Source: Anthoceros angustus (lineage: Eukaryota > Plantae > Anthocerotophyta). Taken from it: a stretch of DNA of 64,000 nucleotides. The notes below the pieces were generated by a model. The model did no database searches and was not told the DNA's origin. It saw only the letters and a list, made by a program, of their open reading frames with translations. The stretch is taken from contig VJWM01000117.1 in assembly GCA_010909165.1 (NCBI GenBank), positions 496,001 to 560,000 on the forward strand. Direction: 5' to 3'. The translations under genes were made by a program, and so were the position numbers. Shown piece after piece: positions 25,671 through 41,700 of this stretch; the first letter of the stretch is position 1; each line of letters starts with the position of its first letter.

Positions 25671-26703
25671 GAGGGCTGGTGGCGGAACTTCCGGACAGAA
25701 GATAGGGCTTAAGGATGGTGTCAAGTCAAGGCCGTAACCTTTGGTGCCCTTGGCCTACGCAGATCCCAACACCGCCGCATCCAGAGGATGCCGAACCCAC
25801 GCCCACCACAACTCTGAATATCTCTACGAACTGATGTGAGCACACTTCCCGAGGCGCACGTTTCAAGAGGTTGGGCTGGATTTTGAGATGGACCACCCAG
25901 GCAGTCAAAACAGCACTCGGCACTAAATCGGTCGCATACCCCGGGGAAATTGTGAATGTGAATCCCAGTGGGAGCCAGCTTGGTCCTCGTTTCCACAGTG
26001 TTCCCACGTGCAAGGACCAGCCGGGTCCCCACTGTAAACGGGAGCTTGGCAAGGACCAGCCTGTTCCTCATTCCTACACTTTGCCATGTGTGTAAAACAT
26101 TGGTGGCTACACGGAGTTCTCCCCCGCCAAAATACCTAGCTAAGATGCTTGGAGAACGAGATGCGCCCAGGAGAAATCGGTAGGCAGCCTCTTCACAAGA
26201 ATACTTCCCTCGGATGTCAGGAATATTCATGGACGGACAACAAATATGCAAGCCTCCATTTCATGGGGAGCGAGCTGAATGGAACTGCTGTGATCAGTTA
26301 AGCAAGCTCTTGCAGCCAGCTGCAGGCCTCTTGCTTGTCCCCCGGCTTGGCCGTTCTTACAAGATACTGATGCACAGATGGAAGTTTGAAATAGCCATTA
26401 CTCATGGAGCAGGGCAGGGTGTCATTCCTGGCCATTCATGCATGCTCAGACCGGAGCATCGCTCCCTTTACCAACCAGGGGCCTGCTGTTGTTAATGAAT
26501 TCTGGAACATGTTCAAGAGTCACAATCTTGAACAACTCAAAAGATGAATTCAGAGGTGGCCTTCAGCAAAAACTGATGTGAAACAAAGCACGATTGGCTA
26601 CACATCCTTATACCACTACCCAATCACGTGGTGCAGATCGCTCCTCCAGTCAGTACCGAATCCCGGGGTGATGCTGCAACACACGTCGTTTGAGTAGCTC
26701 CCA

Positions 26704-29700
26704 TCAGAGTTTCCGATAAACACGTTTGCCAATTCCCCTCTGCATACACGTTGGGCAAACCCATGCCACTCCTTCTCCTCCCTCAGGCCTTTTCCGAAAT
26801 TGCACCTTATGCAGTTGGAATATCTCGCCGATGTGATCCTTTACCAACGGCTTGACCAGATCACTCAGGGTAATCCATGCCTCCTTCACGGGAATGTCCT
26901 GGTCCGCCGATGGACCTGTCAGGTTGAGATCTACCTTGGACAGGTCTGCGTCCAGAGAGGCCGCAGTGAGATACAGCGCTCCATCCAAGCTGGTGAAGGG
27001 TCGGGAACCGCATTCCCAATGCCGGCAGCCACATGTAGGCCAGCTTTCACTAGGAAAACCAAAACCTTGATACCACTGATTGCTAGGGGCCTGATCCACT
27101 TCCACTTCGCATCCTCCAATGTCAAGTCGAATCCAGTTTGGCCCTCCACGATGTGATTCCCAAAGATGTTTTCGCACATGAAGTGCAGCTTAGCCGCTTT
27201 GCCCACACGCACCCGTGCAATCAATCTCTGTGCTAAACCCATGTCTGCAGTGGTGATGTAGGGACGTCTGGGTATCTGACTGCTTTCTAATTCTGCAGAG
27301 AAATTCATAATCTCATCCATCTTAGCAAGCAAGAATTGTTGAGTAGCTTCCTGCCCAGTCTTGATAGCGCTCATCTCATGTTGGATAAGTTGCAAAGTCT
27401 CGCCAATTCTATCCACTTTGACACCCACTGCTTTCAACTCTGTCTCCACGGTGTGCTTCAAATCTCTTATCCCTTGAATGATGGTTTGCAACAGTGGCTC
27501 CCTCATCTCCGAGTGAGTTGTTCCAGGGAGGGACATAGTACGTCGGATGCTGACAGACCGAGACGTTTGAACTGATGCGTCTTGTTGTGCGAGCACCCCT
27601 TTCTCTGTAGGCAGGACTTCCTCTACAGCTGCATCTATGTTGGATATGGTTTGAAGGAGACCTGTTCGTCGCCTTTGCAAGACATCCAAGAGTTCACCAG
27701 TACTTAAGAGCTCATCAGCTCCCTCAAAGGCACTCTCCAAAGAGGCTTCAGGACATGCTGGCCACGACCAGCTGAAGTCGGCCAGATCCATTGAGGAGAA
27801 AATCTCCCCTGTACAGTCTTGTTGGTCTGCAAAAACACGCTTGAGCAAATCCTGCGTTAGCACTGACTGGTTATGCCGGTAGATACAGAGTGTGAGGTTT
27901 TCGACACACTCTGTCCTGATAATTCCTTCCACAAGCTCGACTCCCGGACTGCCTTCAGGGGAAGCACAAAAAGATTTCAACTTTGCAACCACATGTTCCT
28001 TGAGAAACTCGACAGTTTCATCTCTGCTCTTGGATGACCTCACCAGAATATCAATATGGTCACCGATGTCTCCGGTGTCCTCTCCGATATCCCCACTGCT
28101 TTCCAAAAACACAACCATACCATCGCACAAAAAGTTGATGAGGTTGCGTTCAATAAGATATTGATGAGGTTGCATGCCATGGAATCCGGTTAACAAATCC
28201 TTTCGAAGGCAGACCTGCAATACGCAAACCTCCACAATGTCAGTGGACAGGTTGAAGACACACACCATCAAACCAAAGACATGTTGGTAGTTATCGTACT
28301 TGGAATCTAGGAAAAAAGCCTGGACCAAGAAACGTCTTCGTCTTGTCAAGGCACTGTAACCTCCTCCCGAGGTAATTGTAATTGCTTGCTGTATTCACAG
28401 TTTCCCAGTTCAACTTTCGTCTACCAGGAAGAGCGTCACCATTACCGTCGGCCATGGTGAGGGGAACGAAGAATCCGACTCGTCGAGTCCCATCCTCTTC
28501 ATAGCATAAGTTGAGAGTGGTCATCAATGATGCCAGATGTTGCCTTTCAATCCCCTCCGCTTGTGTGCCTCTGAGAATCTCATCCAAGGTGGAATGAAGC
28601 AGACTTTGAGCAACAAATCCATCTGAGGAATGCGACAAACCTCTAGGAAGCTCTGGTTAGAAGGTGAATGAGTCGCCCTAAAAATTGTGTGATCCAGTGT
28701 GGATTTATCACCACAACATCTGTATCTTGAAAACAGATGATACTACCCACATCATGCAAATAGGCAAGAATGGCTCCCAATCGTTCCCCCTCATCTTGAA
28801 CCCCACCTTCGTCGAGACTGTCTTCGTCGAGACTGTCTTCGTCGAGACTGTCTTCGTCGAGACTTTGTAGCTCGTTTTGGAACAAAGTTTGAAGTTGCTG
28901 TTTCCTCACAATCGGTTGAGCTGGATGTTGGGCTACCCAGGCAGTCAAATCAGCACTCAATCGGTTGCATACCTCGGGTACCCGAAACAGTTTGATTGCA
29001 AATAGAGCTCGAAACGATTCCATGAGTGCGTCCAGCAAGGGCTTCACACTCTTGGCAGATCGAGCGTCCATGGAGAAGAGTGTTTTTGTTTCCACGTGAA
29101 CAACCTGTTCAAACTCGGTGGCCAACTCTGCCAGAACGGGTTGAAGGAGATTCGGCAATGCTTCAGCATCAGAACGCTTCATCTTGTCCACATGAGTTGC
29201 CACCACAAATATTTGAGGCAAAGTAGAGCCCACGTTGCGACAATTGGAGTTGATGAACCTAAGCCAGTACGCCAAGCTCCTTCTGAACCTGTCCTGCAGG
29301 ACATTAGACGGATGCAGTTGGGGAGGTTTCCGATCATCAAATGGGCTGAACGCAAACAGGAAGATACATGCTTGGTTGAAGGTCGGAAAAAGGTAGTCTT
29401 GCAGAGCTCGGTAGTGAGCTTGTCCAGCCAGATCCACATGAGTTGCCACCACAAATATTTGAGGCAAAGTAGAGCCCACGTTGCGACAATTGGAGTTGAT
29501 GAACCTAAGCCAGTACGCCAAGCTCCTTCTGAACCTGTCCTGCAGGACATTAGGCGGATGCAGTTGGGGAGGTTTCCGATCATCAAATGGGCTGAACGCA
29601 AACAGGAAGATACATGCTTGATTGAAGGTCGGAAAAAGGTAGTCTTGCAGAGCTCGGTAGTGAGCTTGTCCAGCCAGATCCCACATGGTAACTTGCATAT

Positions 29701-32700
29701 CATGGTCGTTGCGCAACACCTCGATTTCTATGCCTTCCGTTCTGGTACCGGTGACGGAAGCCATCCGTCGCCAAGCACGAAATATTTTTCCCTTCAGTCG
29801 AGCTAGAACTTGGCTGAGCTGGAACTCGGGTGATGCGGCTGTGTGTCGTCTCCATGCGCGAATCATGGTGGTGCGGAGAGTGGTCTTCCTGCCAAAGGGC
29901 ACCGCACAGGAAGAGGCGCCCAGCCTTGGGCATCACAGGCCCTTGCCTGCCCACGAGCAAAGGCCAGTAAGCCTCTTGAGTGGCATTGCCTGCCAAGGCT
30001 GCATTGATGATTGCGTCCTTTCCTTCCGCTTCCCATGTTGTCCTGATCCTGATCTCCGTAACGTCTTGTTGACTTGAATACAGTTCATCAAGTCTCTAAA
30101 CATGTCATGATCCAGGGCGTCCCAGAGAAATGTCGAGCTTTTTCAGAGATGCGTTGCCCTCCAAGGATCTCAGCAACTCTTTCTTGAACGAGGCGTGGCC
30201 CGAGATCCACATGGTAACTTGCATATCATGGTCGTTGCGCAACACCTCGATTTCTATGCCTTCCGTTCTGGTACCGGTGACGGAAGCCATCCGTCGCCAA
30301 GCACGAAATATTTTTCCCTTCAGTCGAGCTAGAACTTGGCTGAGCTGGAACTCGGGTGATGCGGCTGTGTCGTCTCCATGCGCGAATCATGGTGGTGCGG
30401 AGTGGTCTTCCTGCCAAAGGGCACCGCACAGGAAGAGGCGCCCAGCCTTGGGCATCACAGGCCCTTGCCCACGAGCAAAGGCCAGTAAGCCTCTTGAGTG
30501 GCATTGCCTGCCAAGGCTGCATTGATGATTGCGTCCTTTCCTTCCGCTTCCCATGTTGTCCTGATGTTGATCTCCGTAACGTCTTGTTGACTTGAATACA
30601 GTTCATCAAGTCTCTAAACATGTCATGATCCAGGGCGTCCCAGAGAAATGTCGAGCTTTTTCAGAGATGCGTTGCCCTCCAAGGATCTCAGCAACTCTTT
30701 CTTGAACGAGGCGTGGCCCGAGATCCACATGGTAACTTGCATATCATGGTCGTTGCGCAACACCTCGATTTCTATGCCTTCCGTTCTGGTACCGGTGACG
30801 GAAGCCATCCGTCGCCAAGCACGAAATATTTTTCCCTTCAGTCGAGCTAGAACTTGGCTGAGCTGGAACTCGGGTGATGCGGCTGTGTCGTCTCCATGCG
30901 CGAATCATGGTGGTGCGGAGTGGTCTTCCTGCCAAAGGGCACCGCACAGGAAGAGGCGCCCAGCCTTGGGCATCACAGGCCCTTGCCCACGAGCAAAGGC
31001 CAGTAAGCCTCTTGAGTGGCATTGCCTGCCAAGGCTGCATTGATGATTGCGTCCTTTCCTTCCGCTTCCCATGTTGTCCCGTTGATCCTGATCTCCCGTA
31101 ACGTCTTGTTGACTTGAATACAGTTCATCAAGTCTCTAAACATGTCATGATCCAGGGCGTCCCAGTAAGAAATGTGGAGCTTTTTCAGAGATGCGTTGCC
31201 CTCCAAGGATCTCAGCAACTCTTTCTTGAACGAGGCGTGGCCCCGTAGATCCCACAAGTGCAGGACACGCAGTGCTTTGCATTCCGGGAGCAAGTGGACA
31301 AGGCGCATCCACACATCCGTCGCAGCTGATGGCGTATTGGAGTCCTGCTCGAGACGAAGTTTAGATATGGTGGAGTTGCGGCGTAACCCGTCCAGGCCGT
31401 GGATGAGAGCATATGGAGTGGTGTCAAGCTCCTCGATACGATCGTTGGTGCGCAGCATTCCGGCCAGGGCGTCTGCCAGGCCTACCTCCCCATCCTCCGA
31501 GATCCCCAAGTCCAGGACACGCAGTGCTTTGCATTCCGGGAGCAACTGGACAAGGCGCATCCACACATCCGTCGCAGCTGATGGCGTACTGGAGTCCCGA
31601 GACGAAGTTCAGATATGGTGGAGTTGTGGCGTAACCCGTCCAGGCCGTGGATGAGAGCATATGGAGTGGTGTCAAGCTCCTCGATACGATCGTTGGTGCG
31701 CAGCATTCCGGCCAGGGCGTCTGCCAGGCCTACCTCCCCATCCTCCGAGATCCACAACTCAAGCTTTGTGACGCCAGAGATGGAGGCATTCTCATCCTCA
31801 TCCGCGCGGGTGAAAGCAAGTTTGAGCACAGTGCCCATGGGCCCGAGGCCACCGGGAATGGGACCCCGCAATGCAACGCCATGATCCAACTCCAGATACC
31901 GGAGCGTGGCACAGAGCGGAAGAGCATTTCCAATACACTGGGCTCCCGCCACATCCATGCCGATGTCTTTCAGTAGCAGATTCTTGAGACGGGGAGCCGT
32001 GGCCAGAATGCGGGCCAGGTGCTGTGCCCCTTCAGCACCTCCCACCTCGTTCCGTCGTAAGTCCAAGTACTCCAGGACAGAATCCTTGTTGAAGCCTTTG
32101 GCCAGGGCACCCAGTCCCGCGGCATCAAGCCCAACTTCGGATACGCCAAGCGAGAGTAAGCTGCGACTGGATGCAACAAGCTGGCCCAGAGCCTCGCAAG
32201 CCGCCTGCCTTCCAAAACCTTCACAGTTATTAACAAACAGCAAGTCCAGGACACGCAGTGCTTTGCATTCCGGGAGCAACTGGACAAGGCGCATCCACAC
32301 ATCCGTCGCAGCTGATGGGAGTCCCGAGACGAAGTTTAGATATGGTGGAGTTGTGGCGTAACCCGTCCAGGCCGTGGATGAGAGCATATGGAGTGGTGAC
32401 AAGCTCTCGATACGATCGTTGGTGCGCAGCATTCCGGCCAGGGCGTCTGCCAGGCCTGCCTCCCCATCCTTCGAGATCCAAATAAGCTTTGTGACGCCAG
32501 AGATGGAGGCATTCTCATCCTCATCCGCGCGGGTGAAAGCAAGTTTGAGCACAGTGCCCATGGGCCCGAGGCCGGGAATGGGACCCGCAATGCAACGCCA
32601 TCATCCAGCCAGATACCGGAGCGTGGCACAGAGCGGAAGAGCATTTGCAATACACTGGGCTCCCGCCACATCCATGCCGATGTCGGTCAGTGACAGATCT

Positions 32701-33281
32701 CTGAGACCGGGAGCCGTGGCCAGAATGCGAGCCAGGTGCTGTGCCCCTTCAGCACCTCCCACCTCGTTCCCCTGTAAGTCCAAGTACTCCAGGACAGAAT
32801 CCTTGTTGAAGCCTTTGGCCAGGGCACCCAGTCCCGCGGCATCAAGCCCAACTTCGGATACTGAAAGGATGAGTAAGCTGCGACTGGATGCAACAAGCTG
32901 GCCCAGAGCCTCGCAAGCCGCCTGCCTTCCAAAACCTTCACAGTTATTAACAAACAGCAAGTCCAGGGAAGGGTTGGACGCCAGGCCCCCCAACAGAACC
33001 GACACTTCATCCTCCCGATCCAAGCCGATGGCCCACGCGCTGTGAATGAATATGGACTGGAGACTGCCGCAGTTGGCAATGGCTGTCAACACCCGCTTGC
33101 GCACTCGCCAGTGCCTTCCCTCATCACCACGGATTCGCCTAGTGAAGTAGTAGTCGCCATACTTTTCATCATTATGCAGGCTGGGCATATCGGACACGGC
33201 ATTCCGGCCCAGATCTAGCAGCAGCTTCTGCAGGTAAACCGGCAGCGCGCGCCAATCCTCCGCCTCACGCTCTTCCGCCAT
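26704..33281 (-). CDS. TORNADO1-like LRR-Roc-COR (ROCO) protein, copy B, with internal tandem duplications; frameshifted as assembled
   Basis: MAEEREAEDW start; LRR ORFs 32601-33281, 31482-32561 and 30973-31566; Roc motifs (P-loop ending KTTL, frameshifted; RTEGIEI; WDLAGQ; VVATHVD); COR (LHDVGSII...VVINPHW; LGRRLQC...GFFPRFQV); a coiled coil; C-terminal HFMCE and AWVCPTC with stop at 26704. No introns evident. Confidence 0.85.
28807..28864. repeat. In-frame 15-bp tandem repeat (SLDED x4) in the COR region of copy B
   Basis: cttcgtcgagactgt repeated; copy A has a single unit at about 6160. Confidence 0.85.
29187..29685. repeat. In-frame 246-bp tandem duplication of the Roc G3-G4 segment
   Basis: tccacatgagttgcc at 29187 and 29433; the protein reads ...VVATHVD|LAGQAHY...VVATHVDKMK; junction microhomology ccacatg. 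Confidence 0.9.
29681..31255. repeat. ~520-bp tandem triplication spanning the last LRRs and Roc G1-G2
   Basis: ccacatggtaacttgc at 29681, 30207 and 30725; the junction joins MWDL(AGQ) to LWDL(RGHASF) through shared tgtgg(g)atct. Confidence 0.9.
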
Positions 33282-34930
33282 GCTCTGCTCTGCTATGCTG
33301 TGCTATGCTTCCCGGACTGCTAGACTGGAATGAGGGCCAGGCAGGTGCTGTGCTCCTCCAGGCCACACCACATCCCGCGGCCTTCAGCCCTGGCAGGCAG
33401 GCCCCACGCAGCGAAACTTCCCACATGGACGGCGAAACTGGCCAAACTTAAACATGCTAAAATAAGTAAATGAAGCATTTACTTTTGGTCTTGTTTTCAG
33501 GCACATGAGAATTTGTCCGGGTCAGTCGAGATCGGGACACCATCTATCACCATCCTAATGCTGAATCCAGCCGGGGCTTCGAGAAAAACGACAGCATGAA
33601 AAGATGCATTTTTAGATCCAATCTGCATCTAATCTGATCCGAGGCAAGAAATCCCTTCCCACGATGCTCTCCAGCACAGACGACTATGCTATGCTATGCT
33701 ATCCGGGACAGTAAATGTGGCCCGTGCATGATGGATTTGCAGCACCGCAAGGCCCACAGGTGTGGCTACGGATAATCATGGTGGAGACTGGAGCCTGGTG
33801 GCGGAACTTCCGGACAGATGATAGGGCTTATGGGGTTGTTCATGGATGGTGTCAAGTCAAGCCCGTAACCTGATGCCCTTGGCCTGCGCGGACGGATCCC
33901 AACACCGCCGCATCCAGAGGATGCCGAACCCACGCCCACCACAACCCTGAATATCTCTACAAACTGATGTGAGAGAGATGTGAGAAAGAAAGAAAGATGC
34001 ATACAAAGGTGAGGGCAGAAAGACGAGTAAAAAGGTGCAAAGGGCCTGGCCGCAACTACTCTTGAAACACCTCCAAGCTCCACTTCAAGTTTTCATCCGC
34101 ATGAAACCATATCCGATGATGATCCTCATATTTTGGGTAGGAAACCAGAAGACGTAAATTTTGGCTATCAATTTGTCCAATTCCGCATCCTCAATCGCTC
34201 CCTCCCGTATCGTCAATCACATATTGAATCCCATCCTTAATGCCATCCTCCTCCCACATCCTCCTCCCGCATAGACATAGGCAGGTGCAAAAAACATGAA
34301 CCTCTTGAGCCCCCACCTTCGGGTGACGCCACTTTCTGATGGCCTCGAGGCGTAGCACCGAGAAACAGGGCTGATTCATATGCCCTCCAGGCAGGTGCAG
34401 AACAGAGGGACAGGGCTAGTTCCTCATGATGCTTGCAACCTGCGAGTAGAGGGACAGGTCCAGGAACCAGCTCTGTCCCTCGATTCTGCGCCTCGAGGCC
34501 ATCAGAAATTCTGGGTCAAATTCGAGTTCCCTCGAGGGCCATCAGAAATTCTGGGTGAAAATTCTAGGAACTCGAAAGTGTGTGGATGGATCGCCATTTA
34601 GTGCAACTGGCTGTAACATCCGCCATGGTCACCCACCCTGCTTTGCTCTGATCACCAGCCCTGCTTTTGCTCTGGTACCCCAACCTGCTTTTGCTCTGTT
34701 GCCCCCGACAGGACCGGGAGAGATGGAGCATAGGATGGTTGCAGGAGAGCGAGATGATGCATCCCAGTCCTGCCGACGACCTCTTGATTTGCAAAGCTTG
34801 CAAGGGACTGCGCCCAATGCCTTGCCAGGCTTGTGATACTGCCCTCGTCGGGCATCATCCATATTTGAAGGCACAGCTTACCACTATCTTAGAAAACAAA
34901 CAAGGAAACAAACACGGCCAAGGCTATACC

Positions 34931-38519
<3,589 letters not shown>

Positions 38520-38774
38520 GGTCGAAGACGGAAGGGACGACGCGATCGAGCTGAGATGGAGACGGACAACAAACTTTCCTCCATCAGCAACCCTAATATG
38601 CATGTGATCATATAGTATTGTACCGAGATCAGTAGGTTCTATTTCAAAGGTATGTCATCCATATTTGCATTATAAAGTGCGTAGAACGAAGGCGAGGTGT
38701 GGAGTTTGGACCAGCCTGGGCTACATGCCGCACCAGTCGTGTTGTGCAACCTCTCGCTGCTCTCGAAGCTGCAA
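38520..38774. promoter_or_regulatory. Putative bidirectional promoter between MAP2 and the SIN3-like gene
   Basis: Divergent start codons about 255 bp apart; TATA-like tataaa at about 38671. Confidence 0.5.
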
Positions 38775-41700
38775 ATGGATGACGGTGATCGAACGGATGC
38801 CGCGGTGCCAGCTGCCGCGCAGAAGCTTACACATGATGACGCATTGTCCTACCTGAAGGATGTGAAAGACATGTTCAAGGAGGACAAGGACAAGTACGAT
38901 GACTTCCTCGAAGTCATGAAGGATTTCAAAGCTCAGAGGTTGGCATCTCTCTGTCACTCGTCTCATTTCTGCCATGCTCCTCGGCGATTCCTTGTATAGT
39001 GCGGTTGTGGATCCTGGGTGGGTCGTGATTGTGTGGCGCATTTAGCTGTGGGCGGGGGAAGGTGAGTAATCTGTGTGATGTCCGTGCGCTGATGATTTGG
39101 TGGCTCTGGCAGGATCGACACCGCTGGCGTTATAGCGAGGGTGAAGGATCTGTTCAGAGGGCATAAGGCCCTCATTCTGGGGTTCAACACTTTCCTGCCC
39201 AAGGGATATGAGATCACACTTTTGGAGGATGAGCCACCTCCTAAGAAAGTGGAATTCGACCAGGCCATCAATTACGTGAACAAAATCAAGGTGTTTCAGC
39301 GTTTGGGTTTGCTGGTGGGATTCGCAGTGCGATCAGTTTGATTGCTGTAGAAACCTCTTTGGCGTGAATGAAATGCGAGGCCATGCTGGTCCTCCGACAT
39401 GACACGACATAGGATGTAGATGAACTAAGCTGTTTCTGTTTGTGTCCACAGACACGTTTCCAGAATGACGAACAGGTCTATAAAGCTTTCCTAGAGATAC
39501 TGAACATGTATCGCAAGGGAAACAAAACGATCAGTGAGGTCTACCAAGAGGTTGGTTACCTTTACTCTGTCTCGAAGCTGGCCGTGTAAGTTTACACGTG
39601 CGAACATCTAGAGGCTGTTACTTGCCTTTCTTTCAAAGCAGGCACTAGTTTCCGACCTAGCTGTGTACTTACTATGACATCGCACTTATGGCAGGTTGCA
39701 AACCTCTTCCACGAGCATTCTGATCTTTTAGAGGAGTTCACCTACTTTCTCCCTGACTCCAATGGGCCTCCCGCTTATGCCACTGCACTCCCACCCTCTG
39801 CAAGTAAATCAACTGGGACTCACACTGCACGCCGAGAGGATAAGGCTGCTGGCCCTGCTGTCCGACATCGCCAGATTGAGAAGCCTGTAAAGGTATGTGC
39901 TTGCTGCCTCATTTAGGGCGTTGCCAGCTGTTGTCTGGTTTTTGCTGTGGGTCATGTGTTCTCAGGTGTGCCACATGGACCAGATAATCTCTATTATCTT
40001 ATTTAGAATGATTTCTTTAAGTGTTAATAATGATTTCGAATTAGCATGTGGTATTTTATGTGAAAGTTTCCTAGTAGAGTTTTCTTCGTAAGATGCTTTT
40101 AACGTGTACGGTAAGATAGATTACGTAACTATCCTAATAAACCCATCTTCCGCTCAGAGGGAGAAGGTCTCTGCTGCCAGTGGTGATCGAGAGCGAGGGC
40201 CTGACAAGATGGAAGTGAAAGATGTGGAGCGAGTTGGTGGACGTGTTGAGAAGGATCAACGGAAAAGAACTGATAAGGAGAGAGATAGAAAAGATGACCG
40301 CAAGGACAGAGATAGGGATGAGAAGGATGTCGAGCGGGATAAACAGAGAGATTCAGAAATGCAGCGGATCCCGAACAAGCGGAAGTCAGCTCGGAGGGCT
40401 GATGAACTGATTCGCAAGCAGTCTCAAGCTGGAGATGCTGTTGAAAACTTCCCTTCTCCCCCTGGCCCGTCAAATGCAGCAGATGAGAAGCCGGCATCCA
40501 AGAGTAAGAAGCACTACACTGCGAGTTTTTGACATCAATAGTGTTCTTATTTGGCCTGCTTGCCTTCTCTGCTTATTTCAATTCTCTTGTATTCTTGGAA
40601 AGTATCTCTTAAAAGAGTGTAGTGATTTCACATGCAGGTACAAGTAATCAAAAGGAGCTCGCCTTCTTTGACAGGGTAAAGACAAGGCTGCGAAATCGTG
40701 ATACGTACCAAGAATTCTTGAAGTGTTTGAATATTTTCAGTCAAGAGATAATCAGCCGCCAGGAGCTGCAGAGCCTGGTAGGTTTTTTCTCCATCCATGC
40801 CTTTGTATTGTCAAGTGCTGTGCATAGGATCCAGTGGAAGTTATATTATTGCAAACACGTCAGAAAAGGAACACTCAGAGAAAATACAGGAGTGCAGCCA
40901 TAGAATCCTGATGTTCTCACCCTTCTATGCAGGTTAGTGACATACTGGGAAAGCATCCGGATCTGATTGAGGGCTTCAATGATTTCCTCTCTTGCTGTGA
41001 TCGCAATGGTGGTACTAGAACCTCTTGTCACCCCCCTGTTCTTTTATTATGCCATGAACTTTTTGGGCAATATGGTGGTTGCTTATGGTATTCATTTCCA
41101 TTAAAACGTCTTGTGTTTCAGAAGGATACCTTGCTGGTGTCTTCAGCGGATCCAGAAGTAAGTCATAGTTTCAAAAGGCCGTCTTTTCAAAAGGCACATT
41201 CTGGGTGATGTCAGGGTGAAGATAATTCCAAATAGAGTCGCTGATGACAATTGTTTTCTTTGTACAGAGCTGGAAAGTGTTGAGGGAGTTCCTCTCAAGG
41301 GCAAAGCGGACAGAGATCGGGACAGGGATGGCCATCGCGAGAGGGAGAGTCACCGTGATAGGGATAGGGAACTGAGGGACTGGGAGAGAGATCGGGATAG
41401 AGAGAGGGATCGTGACAGGGATCGTGAACGGGACAGAGACAGGGAGAGGGATACGAAGGACCGTGATAGAGACAGGGATAGGGACAGAGACAGGGACAGG
41501 GAAAGAGACAGGGACAGGGAAAGGGAGAGGGACAGCAAGGATAGGGATAGAGACAGGGAGAGGGACAGAGAAAGAGAACGGGATAGACAAGAGCGGGAGA
41601 GGGAAAGGGAGAAAGAGAGGGAGAGGGAAAAGAGGGAGAAAGAGAAAGAGAGTGAGCGAGAAAGGGAAAAGCGAGAAAGGGAGAAGGAGAGGGAGAGGGA

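Larger units (their letters stand above)
21171..34120. repeat. Segmental duplication, copy B (paralogous to 1-11480)
   Basis: See copy A. Copy B has extra blocks (24045-24255, 24414-25665 and internal ROCO duplications) and lacks 8541-10239. Confidence 0.9.

Noticed and set aside
34130-34900. Short ORFs between copy B and the MAP2 3' repeats
   Set aside because: No recognisable motifs or consistent splice structure.
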